DNA of 64,000 bases from Octopus sinensis (taxonomy: Eukaryota): NCBI RefSeq assembly GCF_006345805.1, contig NC_043017.1, positions 13,392,001 through 13,456,000 of the forward strand, written 5' to 3'. Within the stretch, counting starts at the first letter, position 1, and the number at the start of each line of letters is the position of its first letter. Made by a program: the position numbers and the translations under genes. Below, piece by piece: positions 62,859 to 64,000 of this stretch. The notes under the pieces were generated by a model that made no database searches, had not been told where the DNA came from, and saw nothing but the letters and a program-made list of their open reading frames with translations.

Positions 62859-64000
62859 GAATAAGCTACTATGCAGTGAAGTTCATTACATAGTTTCTTG
62901 TTCCCTTGTCATTTATCTCTTATTATGCTCTGTACTTGACTAATGCTTATTTTTCTGAAGAATATGTGTATTGAGTTCTAACACTAGGTTATTAATATCG
63001 CTATGCCTAAGCAATAAACAAATATATATATATATATATATAATATATATATATATATAGATGCCACACATATACACATTGGCAAGATAATTGCCAATAA
63101 ACTGGTGCATCAAACAGAAATAGCTCATGGTATTTATTCCACCTGAGTTGCACAGCAGGTGCTCTTTTATTAGTCTCAGCATCAGAAATTTCATGAGTGA
63201 ATGATTAGCCCATTAGAAACTAACAACCAATATCACTGCTGTCCCCCAAAATGTATTATACCTAAAGAATATATATCTACAAAAATATCTATTTACAGCA
63301 ACGCTAATTAACCAAATACAGACAGATACATTATTCCAAAAGACCATAATGAAGGGGGGGGGTTCTTCGTTTTACTTGGTTATCTCAATTACTAAACTTG
63401 ATAATGTATACAGATATGTATCTTATCTTTTGGTATAATATGTTTTAAAAAGGTTAAGAATTTCAAATGCAATGAGAGAATCCCATGTTGTTAGTAAATA
63501 TCAGTGACTTTAGAGACTTTTAACCTATTGAGTTGCTTCTTTCCTGTATCTGTAGTTGATGGGGGTAGGTATTGTCTTGCAGTAGCTTTTAGTGTTTTTA
63601 TTCTACTTCAAAGTTCAGCATAAGCTTATGGAAAACAAATATTACTCAATATTCTATGTTCTCTTTTAAGATTATTAATTAGTATTATTAAGGTGGTTAG
63701 CTGGCAGAATCATTAGCACACCTGGCAAACTGTTTAATGGCATTTTGTCCATCTTTATGTTCTGAGTTCTAATTCCACCAAGGTCAGCTTTGCCTTTCAT
63801 CCTTTCAAGGTTAATAAAATAGGCTCCAGTTGAATACTAGAGTTGATGTAATCAACTACCCCTTCCCCAAATCACTGGCCTTGTGCCAAAATTAGTAAAA
63901 ATTATTATTATTATTATTATTACTATCATATTATTATTAAGGCAGTGAACTGGCAAAATCATCAGCCTGGCAAAATGTTTAGCAGCATTTCGTCTGTCTG

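Noticed and set aside
56369-64000. Upstream FHL exon (half-LIM and start of LIM1)
   Set aside because: Searched by eye on the minus strand; no Cys/His-spaced exon found, so it is presumed to be outside the window.

Overview
AT-rich, repeat-dense eukaryotic genomic DNA. The SINE/LINE families and microsatellite load resemble an octopus (coleoid cephalopod) genome; this is inferred from memory, not database-checked. Two convergent spliced genes were reconstructed by hand from GT-AG boundaries, frame continuity and protein homology. On + are the last five coding exons of a DHX33-like DEAH-box RNA helicase (834..21174). On - are the last four coding exons of a four-and-a-half-LIM gene (FHL2/Limpet-like; 56368..46812). 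Both 5' ends lie outside the window. The rest is mobile or repetitive DNA: at least five SINE-type families, CR1 and RTE LINE ends, Tc1/mariner relics, TTAA-flanked piggyBac-type MITEs, a non-autonomous Helitron, solo LTRs, Penelope-like fragments, three tandem arrays and a 772-bp near-perfect palindrome. Almost all ORFs in the supplied track are spurious. I found no novel multi-gene system and no CRISPR array. The best second-look candidates are RNA- or structure-level: a minimal dimer-type hammerhead-like motif with a shared core substitution in two copies, the palindrome in an FHL intron, a hairpin-cassette array in one retroposon family, a frame-symmetric DHX33 exon pair bracketed by inverted SINEs, and several templated-insertion scars.
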